From contig PLCF01000085.1 of assembly GCA_003135555.1 (NCBI GenBank), positions 221,493 through 285,492 of the forward strand: a DNA stretch of 64,000 nucleotides, read 5' to 3'. Made by a program: the position numbers and the translations under genes. This document shows, one piece after another, positions 9,296 to 17,833 of this stretch (positions within the stretch are counted from its first letter, which is position 1; the number at the start of each line of letters is the position of its first letter). Origin of the DNA: Vulcanimicrobiota bacterium. GTDB lineage: Bacteria; Vulcanimicrobiota; Vulcanimicrobiia; Vulcanimicrobiales; Vulcanimicrobiaceae. Below the pieces are notes generated by a model that did not search any database, had not been told where the DNA came from, and saw only the letters and a program-made list of their open reading frames with translations.

Positions 9296-10243
9296 TCAGA
9301 GGATGGTGACCGATCCCGTCTTCGTCCCGTCGCCGGAGGCGTTTCCGCCTAGCCAATTGTTGTTACCGGTCAGCATCGTGCTGCCGGCGTCGGTCGACAT
9401 GCCGATGCCGTTGTTGAAGTAGATGCTCGTATTGGTCACGCGCATCGTCCCGCTGGCCGTCGCGTGGACGCCGAAGACCTGATTGTTCGACACCGTCGAC
9501 AGATCGACGCTGACCAGGCTGGTGACGCCGTTGGCCTCGACGCCGCCGCCGGCGTTGTTCGAGACCATCGTGTTGTGGATGTTGACGTCGCTGTTCCCGG
9601 TCGATTGCACGCCGAGCCCCGACCGCTGGATCGTCGACTTCTCGATGTTGATGCGGTTGGTTCCGCTGCTGGTGAACGTCTTGACGCCGCCGCCGGCGCA
9701 GTTCTCGAGGTTCGTGTTGTACATGATGAGGTTCATCGAACTCGCCGGCTGGAAGTTGATGCATTGCTGCGCGAAGTTCTCGATGTCGACGTTCTCGACG
9801 CTGACGTTCTTGCCCGCGAGCACGTTGATGCCGATCGTCCCCGATCCGCTGGCTGAACCCGCGATCCCGTTGATGTCGAGGTTGCGGATCACGTCGAATT
9901 GGCAAACAGCGCTGCTGTTATTGATGGTGATCCCCGGGACGCCGACGGCCAGAATCGATGCGACCTGGCCGGCTTCGCCGCCGCCGCCGTCGAGCTTGAT
10001 GCCCTTGGTGATCGTGACCGTGCCGAACCCGCCCGGATCGAGCGCGTCGATCTCGCCGCAGTCCGCGGTCTTGGAGATCGCGCCCGGCCAGGTCTTGCAC
10101 GGTGCCGTGCGGCTGCACGGATTCGCGTCGTCGCCGACGCCCGAAACCCAGGTCCGGGTGGCTTGCGCCGATGCGAGCGACGTCATGGCGAAGAAGCACA
10201 TGGCAAACGCCGCAAAGACAAAGGATAAAATACTACGCTTCAT
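9296..10243 (-). CDS. Secreted right-handed beta-helix protein, copy C
   Basis: Paralog of A and B; start MKRSILSF preceded by GAGGGG RBS (the track ORF is over-extended). Confidence 0.8.
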   Translation of the reverse strand: MKRSILSFVFAAFAMCFFAMTSLASAQATRTWVSGVGDDANPCSRTAPCKTWPGAISKTADCGEIDALDPGGFGTVTITKGIKLDGGGGEAGQVASILAVGVPGITINNSSAVCQFDVIRNLDINGIAGSASGSGTIGINVLAGKNVSVENVDIENFAQQCINFQPASSMNLIMYNTNLENCAGGGVKTFTSSGTNRINIEKSTIQRSGLGVQSTGNSDVNIHNTMVSNNAGGGVEANGVTSLVSVDLSTVSNNQVFGVHATASGTMRVTNTSIYFNNGIGMSTDAGSTMLTGNNNWLGGNASGDGTKTGSVTIL

Positions 10244-10280
10244 GGACACCCCTCTTGAATCGAAAGTGGTTGGAAAAGCC

Positions 10281-10333
10281 GGCAACTTACGGGAAGCCCG
10301 ACTTCGTTTGCCCACACCTGACGCCTGGCGCTC
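10281..10333 (-). promoter_or_regulatory. Conserved 53-nt upstream element, copy C
   Basis: GAGCGCCAGGCGTCAGGTGTGGGCAAACGAAGTCGGGCTTCCCGTAAGTTGCC on the minus strand. Confidence 0.55.
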
Positions 10334-10559
10334 CTGATCACACTTTGCCGTAGTATCCTCAAGCGCGTTCACGGCCGCAGTACGTTCATCGGCACGCTCC
10401 CCGGTCGAAGTATGGACCGCGGCAATGTCGCGCAGCTTACGTGCGCTTACGACAGCATTACGAAGCGACAATTGTTCGCAGCGCCGAGCGGCGAGCCGGG
10501 CGCGGCCGAACGATTCGGTGGCGGAACGCGCCCGGCGGGCCCGGAACGCTCGGGTCTTC

Positions 10560-12104
10560 ATGGAACTGCGGATCGATCGTGAGGCGGTCGCGCGGGCGCG
10601 CCGGCTCGCCGGTGCGATCGTCGACCCCGTCGAGGACTTCATCGAGCGCCACTCGACGGTAAGCGTCGAGCGGGCGGTTGCCCGTTTGTGCGGCGTCGAC
10701 GGCGTCGACGCCGCCGGCGTTCCGCTCGCCAACCGGTTGATCGACGCCCTTCCGGCGCGCGAGGCCGGCGTCGCCCGCGCGCTCGGCGCGGCGATCGCCG
10801 AAAGCGGCCGAACGCCGCAGCAGGTCGCCGCTGCGGTCGCCGCCGGCGAGGCGCTGCCGGACCCGGCGGGCACGCCCGAAACGGCGCTGCGGGCCGCGCT
10901 GCGCGTTCACATCGATGCCGGGCTGGCGCGCATCGACGCGGCGCGGGCGCTGCGGACCGCGCTGCTGGCCCGGCTGCCGCAGGGCGAGCCGCCGCTGCTC
11001 TACGTGATCGTCGCGAGCGGCAACATCTACGAAGACCGCACCGCCGCGGTCGCCGCGGCCGAAGGCGGCGCACAGATCGTGGCCGTGATCCGCTCGACGG
11101 CGCAGTCGCTGCTCGACTACGTTCCGTTCGGCGCCACGACCGAGGGCTTCGGCGGAACCTACGCGACCCAGGAAAATTTCCGCCTCATGCGCGCCGCGCT
11201 CGATGAAGCGTCGGAGCGGTTGGGGCGCTACGTGATGCTCACCAACTACGCCAGCGGCCTGTGCATGCCGGAGATCGCGGCGCTGGCGGCGCTCGAGCGG
11301 CTCGACATGCTGCTCAACGACTCGATGTACGGCATCCTGTTTCGCGACATCAACATGCAGCGGACGTTCGTCGACCAGCACTTCTCGCGCCAGCTCAACG
11401 CGCGTAGCGGGATCGTGATCAACACCGGCGAGGACAACTATCTCACGACCGCCGATGCGGTGGAGCAAGCGCCCGCGGTGCTGGCGTCGCAGTTCGTCAA
11501 CGAAGCGTTCGCACGCCGCGCCGGGCTCCCCGCCGCTCAGATGGGTCTGGGCGACGCCTATGAGATCGACCCCGACCTCGAGGACGGGTTCTTGCTCCAA
11601 GTCGCGCAAGCGCAGCTGACGCGGCAGATCTTCCCCGACGCGCCGCTCAAGTACATGCCGCCGACCAAGCACATGACGGGGAACATCTTCAAAGGCCACT
11701 TGATCGACGCCATGTTCAACCTCACGTCGGTCATGACGCATCAAACGATCCACCTGTGCGGGATGCTGACCGAGGCGATTCACACGCCGTTCCTGGGCGA
11801 CCGCGCGCTGGCGCTCGAGAACGCGCGTTACGTGATGACCACGGCGCGCCACTTCGGGGACGAGATCGAGATCAAGGCCGGCGGGCGGATCGAGCTGCGC
11901 GCCCGTGACGTGCTCAGCGGGGCGGTCCGCATCCTCGACGGCGTCGCGCAGCGCGGATTGATGCGGGCGATCGAAGACGGGACGTTCGCCGACATTCGGC
12001 GGCCGCGCGACGGCGGCCGCGGTTACGACGGCGTGTTCGCGAAGGACGCGGCGTATTGGAACCCGTTCGCCGACGCGCTCGCCGGCGGTGCGGTCCCGGC
12101 GTGA
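10560..12104 (+). CDS. kamD: Lysine 5,6-aminomutase alpha subunit
   Basis: HSTVSVERA, YVIVASGNIYED, AVIRSTAQSLLDYVPFGATTEGFGGTYATQENF, NYASGLCMPEIA, KYMPPTK. Confidence 0.92.
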   Translation: MELRIDREAVARARRLAGAIVDPVEDFIERHSTVSVERAVARLCGVDGVDAAGVPLANRLIDALPAREAGVARALGAAIAESGRTPQQVAAAVAAGEALPDPAGTPETALRAALRVHIDAGLARIDAARALRTALLARLPQGEPPLLYVIVASGNIYEDRTAAVAAAEGGAQIVAVIRSTAQSLLDYVPFGATTEGFGGTYATQENFRLMRAALDEASERLGRYVMLTNYASGLCMPEIAALAALERLDMLLNDSMYGILFRDINMQRTFVDQHFSRQLNARSGIVINTGEDNYLTTADAVEQAPAVLASQFVNEAFARRAGLPAAQMGLGDAYEIDPDLEDGFLLQVAQAQLTRQIFPDAPLKYMPPTKHMTGNIFKGHLIDAMFNLTSVMTHQTIHLCGMLTEAIHTPFLGDRALALENARYVMTTARHFGDEIEIKAGGRIELRARDVLSGAVRILDGVAQRGLMRAIEDGTFADIRRPRDGGRGYDGVFAKDAAYWNPFADALAGGAVPA

Positions 12105-12835
12105 GCCTCGTGCGGCCGTACGGCGACACGCGGGACGACGGCGCCGTCCAGCTGTCGTTTACCCTGCCGATCGCGTGGGACGAAGCCGCGGACGAAGCGG
12201 CGCGCCAGCTCGTAGCCAAGATGGGGTTCAGCGACGTCTCGGTCGTCGAGGGCCGGGCGATCAGCGCCGGCTTCTCGTTCTTCGTCGTCTACGCGCGCAC
12301 GCTGGTCGCCGTCGACGCCTCGACGATCCGAGCGCCGTCCGCGACCGGCGCCGCCCTGTCGATCGAGCAGGTCGACGAGCTGATCGCGCGGCGGGTCGGC
12401 CGCAAGCTCAAGGTCGTCGGCGCGTGCATCGGGACGGACGCGCATACGGTAGGGATCGACGCGATCCTGAACATGAAGGGCTACAAGGGCGACTACGGTT
12501 TGGAGCGGTATCGCGGGTTCGAAGTGTTCAATCTGGGCAGCCAGATCGCGGTCGAGGATCTCGTGCGGTTCGCACGCGAGCGCGACGTCGATGCCATTCT
12601 GGCCTCGCAAGTCGTCACCCAGAAGGGCAGCGACATCGCCAACTTCACCGCGCTCGCAGAGCTGCTGGAAGCCGAAAACATGCGCGAAGGGCTGGTACTG
12701 ATCGCCGGCGGACCGCGCGTGACGAACCTGTTGGCCGCCGAGCTCGGTTACGACGCCGGATTTGGCCGCGGGACCATGCCCGGCGATGTCGCGAGATTCA
12801 TTGCGTTGCGGATCGCGTCAGCGCGTAACGCCTAG
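12101..12835 (+). CDS. kamE: Lysine 5,6-aminomutase beta subunit (B12-binding)
   Basis: PYGDTRDDGAVQLSFTLP; DAHTVG (DxHxxG B12 motif); MKGY (PLP lysine); GYDAGFG. GTG start overlaps the kamD stop. Confidence 0.92.
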   Translation: MSLVRPYGDTRDDGAVQLSFTLPIAWDEAADEAARQLVAKMGFSDVSVVEGRAISAGFSFFVVYARTLVAVDASTIRAPSATGAALSIEQVDELIARRVGRKLKVVGACIGTDAHTVGIDAILNMKGYKGDYGLERYRGFEVFNLGSQIAVEDLVRFARERDVDAILASQVVTQKGSDIANFTALAELLEAENMREGLVLIAGGPRVTNLLAAELGYDAGFGRGTMPGDVARFIALRIASARNA

Positions 12836-13534
12836 CTCGCAGAGCATTTGGCCTTCGAAGAAGAACCGCTTCGTTCGGCCTGCATAGTCGATGAAGTAAC
12901 GCTGTTTGATGTGTAGCCCCGCCTCGCGTATCAATTCTGTGAATTCGTTCGGCGTGAAGGCGTGCGTTTGGGTCGGAATCTGCTCGCCCCCGACCGACCA
13001 GATCATATCGATGTCGCCGTTACAATCGGACGGAAAGATGGTGTCGTAGATCGCACGCTGCAACGTGGGAAACCACCCGTACCAGCGGGCGTTGTAGCGA
13101 TTGTGCACGTCAACGAAAATCGAGCCATCGACTGCCAGCAGCGAGCCCATCCGACGCAGCGCTGTGACACGCGCTGCGCGTGGGGAGACATGTGCCAGGA
13201 CGTTCCAGAGGCATGTAATGACGTCGAATCGTTCATTTGATTGGGGCAAGTCCTCGGCTCTTACGGGCCACACGTCGGCCGCGCCACGTTGGCGGCATTC
13301 GCGAAGCATCGCGGCGCTTGGCTCGACCAGGACCAGCCTCGACAATCCGCGTGCACGAGCGATGCGGACCCCGCGAATACCGTCGGCCGCGCCGACGTCT
13401 AGCATCGAACGGGCGCCGCAGGGAATATCTCGCGTAATGATAGCGTCGACGGCGTCGATATAGGCGGCGCGCCGCTCGGCGTAAGCCCTGAAGTGCGGTG
13501 CGAAGCGGTCGTAGGCACTTTCCGAGTCACGCAT
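12818..13534 (-). CDS. Class I SAM-dependent methyltransferase
   Basis: MLDVGAADG, FDVITCLWNVLAH. Convergent overlap with kamE; visibly more AT-rich than its neighbours. Confidence 0.8.
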   Translation of the reverse strand: MRDSESAYDRFAPHFRAYAERRAAYIDAVDAIITRDIPCGARSMLDVGAADGIRGVRIARARGLSRLVLVEPSAAMLRECRQRGAADVWPVRAEDLPQSNERFDVITCLWNVLAHVSPRAARVTALRRMGSLLAVDGSIFVDVHNRYNARWYGWFPTLQRAIYDTIFPSDCNGDIDMIWSVGGEQIPTQTHAFTPNEFTELIREAGLHIKQRYFIDYAGRTKRFFFEGQMLCELGVTR

Positions 13535-13681
13535 CGTTCGACTGCCCTCGTCCACCGCTTCGTTGTTTCACAAATGCTGCCGCCGGCCCTCGGTGATGTC
13601 GCGGCCGGTCGGGCCGACGCTCTCACCAAAGGGTTGTTCGCGCTCGCCGTGCAGGCGAAGGCGGATCGACGAGTCCCCGAG

Positions 13682-15265
13682 ATGAAAGCGGCCGCCATGT
13701 ACGGGAGCAGAGTTCGGGTGGTACGGCGTCTCGTTGGGGTGGCAGTCGCGGCGACCATCGTTGCGGTATTTGCCGCGCCCGCCGGCGCCGTCGATCGCAG
13801 CCTGGGTGCCGGCATTGCCAAGCCGGTCGCCGCGGGGGCGCAGTGGACCGATGCCGAGATCGCCTCGCTATCGGCCAACGTCGACGTCTTGCTCGCCGGC
13901 GCGAAGACGCTGGGCGGCGCGCACGTCGGGATCTACGCGATCGGTGCGCGCGACGGGCGCGTGCTGTATGCGCGCAACGCCGACGATCTGTTCCAGCCGG
14001 CGTCGACCCTCAAGCTGCTCGTCGGCAGCGCCGCGCTCGACAAGCTGGGACCGGGTTTCCGGTTCACGACCGAAGCGTTCGTGCCGGGGTCGGCGAGCGT
14101 GGTCGACGGCGAGGTGAAGGGATCCGTGATGCTGCGCGGCGGCGGCGACGTGCTGCTCGACGATGCCGCGCTCGCGGAGCTCCCGGCCGCGTTGCGGGCG
14201 GCCGGCGTCGTCGCGGTGCACGGCGTGAGCTTCATCGACGATCGCCGCTTCCCGCCGTATCTGCCGGGTTGGTCGTGGGACGATTTCCCCTGGTACTACG
14301 CTGCGCCGGTGACCCCGCTGAGCCTCAACGACAATACGGTCACCCTCGACGTGACGCCGGGCGAGCGGCCGGGCGCGCCGGTGAGCGTCGCGGTGCGGCC
14401 GTGGGGCACTGCGTGCATCGTGGCCACGCCGTGCCGCGCCGATCTCGGCTTCGCGATCGACGTGCGCGCGACGACCGGCGAGAAGGGGAGCGCGTCGACG
14501 CTCGACGTCACGCGCGACGTACCGTCCGGCGGCCTCGACCGGGTGACGTTGATCGGCTCGCTGGCAGCCGGGGCCGATGCGGAGCACCTCGACATCGCGG
14601 TGCCCTGGCCGCCGCGGTACGCGGCCGCCGCCGCAACGCGCGCGCTGACGCGCGCCGGTTTCCGGGTGTTGCCCGACCTCAGCGCCGCGCCGCCGGCCGC
14701 GGCACCGGGCAACGACCGCATCGTCTGGACGCACAACTCGGCGCCGCTCTCCGACGTGCTCGGCGACCTGTGGCAGCCCAGCGACAACATCCTGGCCGAG
14801 CAGTTGTTGCGCGCGCTGGGCGCCCCCGACGGTGCGCGCCAAGGCCCCAGCGCGGCGGGGATCGCGTGGGAGAAGACGTGGTTGAAAAAGCTCGGCATCG
14901 ACGCCGAGGCGGTCGCGCTCGAGGACGGCAGCGGCTTGTCGGTCTACGACCGCATCACCCCGCACGATCTCGTCACCATCCTCAAGTACGACTGGGACGG
15001 TGCCAACCGCGACGTGGTGCTCGACGATCTTCCGCTCGCCGGCGTGCGCGGCACCCTCAAAGCGTCGTTCACCGGGACCGCGGCGGAGCAGCACGTGTTC
15101 GCCAAGACCGGGACGCTCGCGCACGCCAGCGCGCTCGCCGGCTACGCCGCCAACGCCAAGCACGGTGCGGTGATCTTCGCGTTCACGGTCGACGACTGGA
15201 TCGGCGAAGCGGCGGCGCTGCGCGAACTGCGCGGTCGCGTGCTGTCGCACTTCGTCGAGGACTAG
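13682..15265 (+). CDS. dacB: D-alanyl-D-alanine carboxypeptidase/endopeptidase (PBP4, peptidase S13)
   Basis: PASTLK (SxxK), SDN (SxN), AKTGT (KTG), DGSGLS; signal peptide. Confidence 0.9.
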   Translation: MKAAAMYGSRVRVVRRLVGVAVAATIVAVFAAPAGAVDRSLGAGIAKPVAAGAQWTDAEIASLSANVDVLLAGAKTLGGAHVGIYAIGARDGRVLYARNADDLFQPASTLKLLVGSAALDKLGPGFRFTTEAFVPGSASVVDGEVKGSVMLRGGGDVLLDDAALAELPAALRAAGVVAVHGVSFIDDRRFPPYLPGWSWDDFPWYYAAPVTPLSLNDNTVTLDVTPGERPGAPVSVAVRPWGTACIVATPCRADLGFAIDVRATTGEKGSASTLDVTRDVPSGGLDRVTLIGSLAAGADAEHLDIAVPWPPRYAAAAATRALTRAGFRVLPDLSAAPPAAAPGNDRIVWTHNSAPLSDVLGDLWQPSDNILAEQLLRALGAPDGARQGPSAAGIAWEKTWLKKLGIDAEAVALEDGSGLSVYDRITPHDLVTILKYDWDGANRDVVLDDLPLAGVRGTLKASFTGTAAEQHVFAKTGTLAHASALAGYAANAKHGAVIFAFTVDDWIGEAAALRELRGRVLSHFVED

Positions 15266-15271
15266 CCGCCC

Positions 15272-16267
15272 ATGCTCGGCGCGCACTTCGAAGCCGAGAT
15301 TCGCGAGCAGCCCGAGGTGTGGCGCCGCCTCGCCGCATCCGACGGCGCGCAGCGCCTCGCCGCGGCGGTCGCCGGACGCGATGTGCTGTTCGTCGGCAGC
15401 GGCAGCTCGCTGTTCGTGGGGATGCTCGGCGCGCTCGCCTTTCGGCGGCGCGGGATTCGCGCCGCGGCGCTGGCCGCGACCGAAGCGCGCTTCGACCGCA
15501 ACGCCTACCGCGACGCGTGCGTGGTCGCGCTGTCGCAGAGCGGCCGTTCGACCGACCTGCTCGACGCGATCGAGCTGCTCGCCCCGGCGCGGCTCGTCGC
15601 GCTGACCAACGATGCCGCCGCGCCGCTGGCCCAGCGGGCCGCGGTGACGATCGATTGCCTGGCCGGACCCGAGCTGGCCGTTCCGGCGAGCAAGAGCGTA
15701 ACCTCGATGGCGGCGCTCCTGTTGTCGGCCGCGGCGTTGTGCGGCGGCGCCCACAACCGGACCGCGGCGACGTTGCTGGAAACGGCGGCGGAGGTGCGCG
15801 CGTGGCTCGCCGGCGACGGCGGCGGCGTCGTCGAAGCCGCCGCCCGGCGCATCGCGCGCTGCCGCAGCGTCGCGGTGGTGGCGGCCGGCTACGGCGTCCC
15901 GGTCGCCTACGAGCTCGCGCTCAAGATCAAGGAAGCCAGCTACGTTCACGCCGAGGGCTTCCCGGCCGGCGAGTTCCGGCACGGCAGCTCGGCGATGCTC
16001 GACGCGTCGACCGCGATCGTCGGCATCGTGGACGAAGCCTCGCGCGACATCGTCGAGCGCCCGCTCGCCGCAGCGGGCGCGGCCGGAGCGCAGCGCTACG
16101 TCGTCGGCGCGCCCAGCGGCGACGTCACGTTGCTGGGTCCCGTCACGGGCGAAGCCTTCAACACGCTGGCCTGGCTGGTCGTCGGACAATACCTCGCCCT
16201 GAGCATCGGGCGCGCGAATGCCGTCGACTCCGACGCGCCGCGCGGTTTGCGCAAGTGGCTCCGGTGA
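15272..16267 (+). CDS. Double SIS-domain sugar isomerase/deaminase (GlmS C-terminal-like)
   Basis: EIREQP, GSGSS, LSQSG, ELALKIKE, GEFRHG, PRGLRK; no glutaminase domain. Confidence 0.85.
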   Translation: MLGAHFEAEIREQPEVWRRLAASDGAQRLAAAVAGRDVLFVGSGSSLFVGMLGALAFRRRGIRAAALAATEARFDRNAYRDACVVALSQSGRSTDLLDAIELLAPARLVALTNDAAAPLAQRAAVTIDCLAGPELAVPASKSVTSMAALLLSAAALCGGAHNRTAATLLETAAEVRAWLAGDGGGVVEAAARRIARCRSVAVVAAGYGVPVAYELALKIKEASYVHAEGFPAGEFRHGSSAMLDASTAIVGIVDEASRDIVERPLAAAGAAGAQRYVVGAPSGDVTLLGPVTGEAFNTLAWLVVGQYLALSIGRANAVDSDAPRGLRKWLR

Positions 16268-17787
16268 ACGGCCTGCGCGCGCCGTTCGCTGCGCTCGTCC
16301 TCGTAGCGACGGCGCAGAGTCCCGCGCCGTACTCGTGGCCGGTGCCGTTGGCGACGAGCGCGCCGGCGCCGCAGCCCACCGAGCTGTGGAGCGGTGCGCC
16401 CGCGGCGTCGTTCGCGCTCGACGTGCGACCGCTCGGCGTCAGCCCCGACGGCGAGGCGCGAGCGCTGGTGCGCGTCGTCTTGCGCGACGCCGGCGGCAAC
16501 GTCGTGCGGATCAGGCGCGGCGCCGACTTCGACTTCTTCGCGACCCCCGGGACCGCGCAGTGGCAGACCCGGCTGCGCTTCGGCGGGCCGGCCGCGATCG
16601 TCGCGGTTCGCGACGACGGCCCCGTCGCGGTGCGCGTGGTCTGCAATCGGCCCGCCGGTCTGGGCGAGCAGCGCGCCGCATTCGACTCGCGCGGCTGGCG
16701 CGTTGCGCGCGTCGTTGCCGCCGCCGTGGGGCCGCATCTCGTGCGCATCGGCTGGTTTCCGCGAGCGCGCACCGGCGCGGTGCGCGTGTATCGCGTGGAT
16801 GCGCGCGGGCGCCGCACGCTCGCCGCGATGCTCGCGGCGCCGGCGTCATCGTGGGACGATCGCGTGGTAGAGCCCGGGCGCGTCGCCCGCTATGCCGTTG
16901 TCCGCCCGCGCAGTGCGCCGGCGCTGGTGCACGCCGATGTGCCACCGGAGTTGCCGCCGAGCTCGGTCGACGCGCTGCGCGGCAAGTCGGCGTGGCTCGC
17001 GTTTTCGGGCGATCCGCTCGACGACGAGTCGTATGCGAAGCTCGACGTCGACGCGATCGTCGGGGCGGCCGTGCACGCCGGGCTACGCTCGATCGAGCTG
17101 CGGTTGGCGTACGGCGCCTTCGACGAAGTGACGCCCGAGTCGAAAGCGACGATCGACCGGTTGATCGACGGCCTCGTCGCGCACCACGTCGCGGTCATCG
17201 GGTGGACGGTCCCGCGCACGCCGTCCTTCGAAGATCTGGCGCGCGACGCGCAGGTAGCGGCGTACCGCACGCCGGGCGGCAGCGCGATCAGCGGGCTCGC
17301 GGTCGATCTCGAGCGCGGCGGCGAGTTTCTCGGCAACGGTCCACTCGGCTACGCCGCGCTGCGCGACTATCTCGGCGTGTTGCGTCGCGCGGTCGGTCCG
17401 CGCGTGCTGCTCGTCGCCACCGTCGAAGACCCGTACCTCGAGCATCTCGATGCCGCGAAATTCCCCTACGCGGCGATCGCGCGCGACGCCGACGTGCTGC
17501 AGCCGATGACGTACTGGCGCATGCTCGGCGCCGCGGACTCGCCCGCCGCGGTGCGCGCCGCCGTCGGCGAATCGATCGGCCTGGTCCGCCGCCTCGCCGG
17601 CCGCCCGATCCCGATCGACGTTGGAGCGCAGACGGGCGTCCTCTCCAAGCGCGGCGCGCCGTCGGGCGACGAGGTCGGCGCAGCGGTGGAGGCGAGCCGC
17701 CGTAGCGGCGCGATCGGGATCGCGTTCTACGATCTCACCGGCACCGGGCCCGAGCAGTGGGACGCCATCGCACGGGCGGCCTGGTGA
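16264..17787 (+). CDS. Secreted protein with Ig/Fn3-like region and a putative glycoside-hydrolase TIM barrel
   Basis: Real part of ORF 13843-17787; GTG overlaps the SIS stop; GLAVDLE, LQPMTYW and IAFYD strands. Confidence 0.55.
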   Translation: MNGLRAPFAALVLVATAQSPAPYSWPVPLATSAPAPQPTELWSGAPAASFALDVRPLGVSPDGEARALVRVVLRDAGGNVVRIRRGADFDFFATPGTAQWQTRLRFGGPAAIVAVRDDGPVAVRVVCNRPAGLGEQRAAFDSRGWRVARVVAAAVGPHLVRIGWFPRARTGAVRVYRVDARGRRTLAAMLAAPASSWDDRVVEPGRVARYAVVRPRSAPALVHADVPPELPPSSVDALRGKSAWLAFSGDPLDDESYAKLDVDAIVGAAVHAGLRSIELRLAYGAFDEVTPESKATIDRLIDGLVAHHVAVIGWTVPRTPSFEDLARDAQVAAYRTPGGSAISGLAVDLERGGEFLGNGPLGYAALRDYLGVLRRAVGPRVLLVATVEDPYLEHLDAAKFPYAAIARDADVLQPMTYWRMLGAADSPAAVRAAVGESIGLVRRLAGRPIPIDVGAQTGVLSKRGAPSGDEVGAAVEASRRSGAIGIAFYDLTGTGPEQWDAIARAAW

Positions 17788-17833
17788 ACAACGTGGGCGG
17801 GAACGGCCCGAAACTGCGCCGTAACGGCGTGGG

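Noticed and set aside
6951..10333. CRISPR array or diversity-generating retroelement
   Set aside because: The repeats are whole-gene duplications; there is no short repeat-spacer periodicity, cas gene, reverse transcriptase or adenine-specific variation.
13843..16263. N-terminal part of the 1314-aa ORF, and the many other long Arg/Ala/Pro-rich overlapping ORFs
   Set aside because: Shadow frames of real genes, caused by the scarcity of stop codons at high GC.
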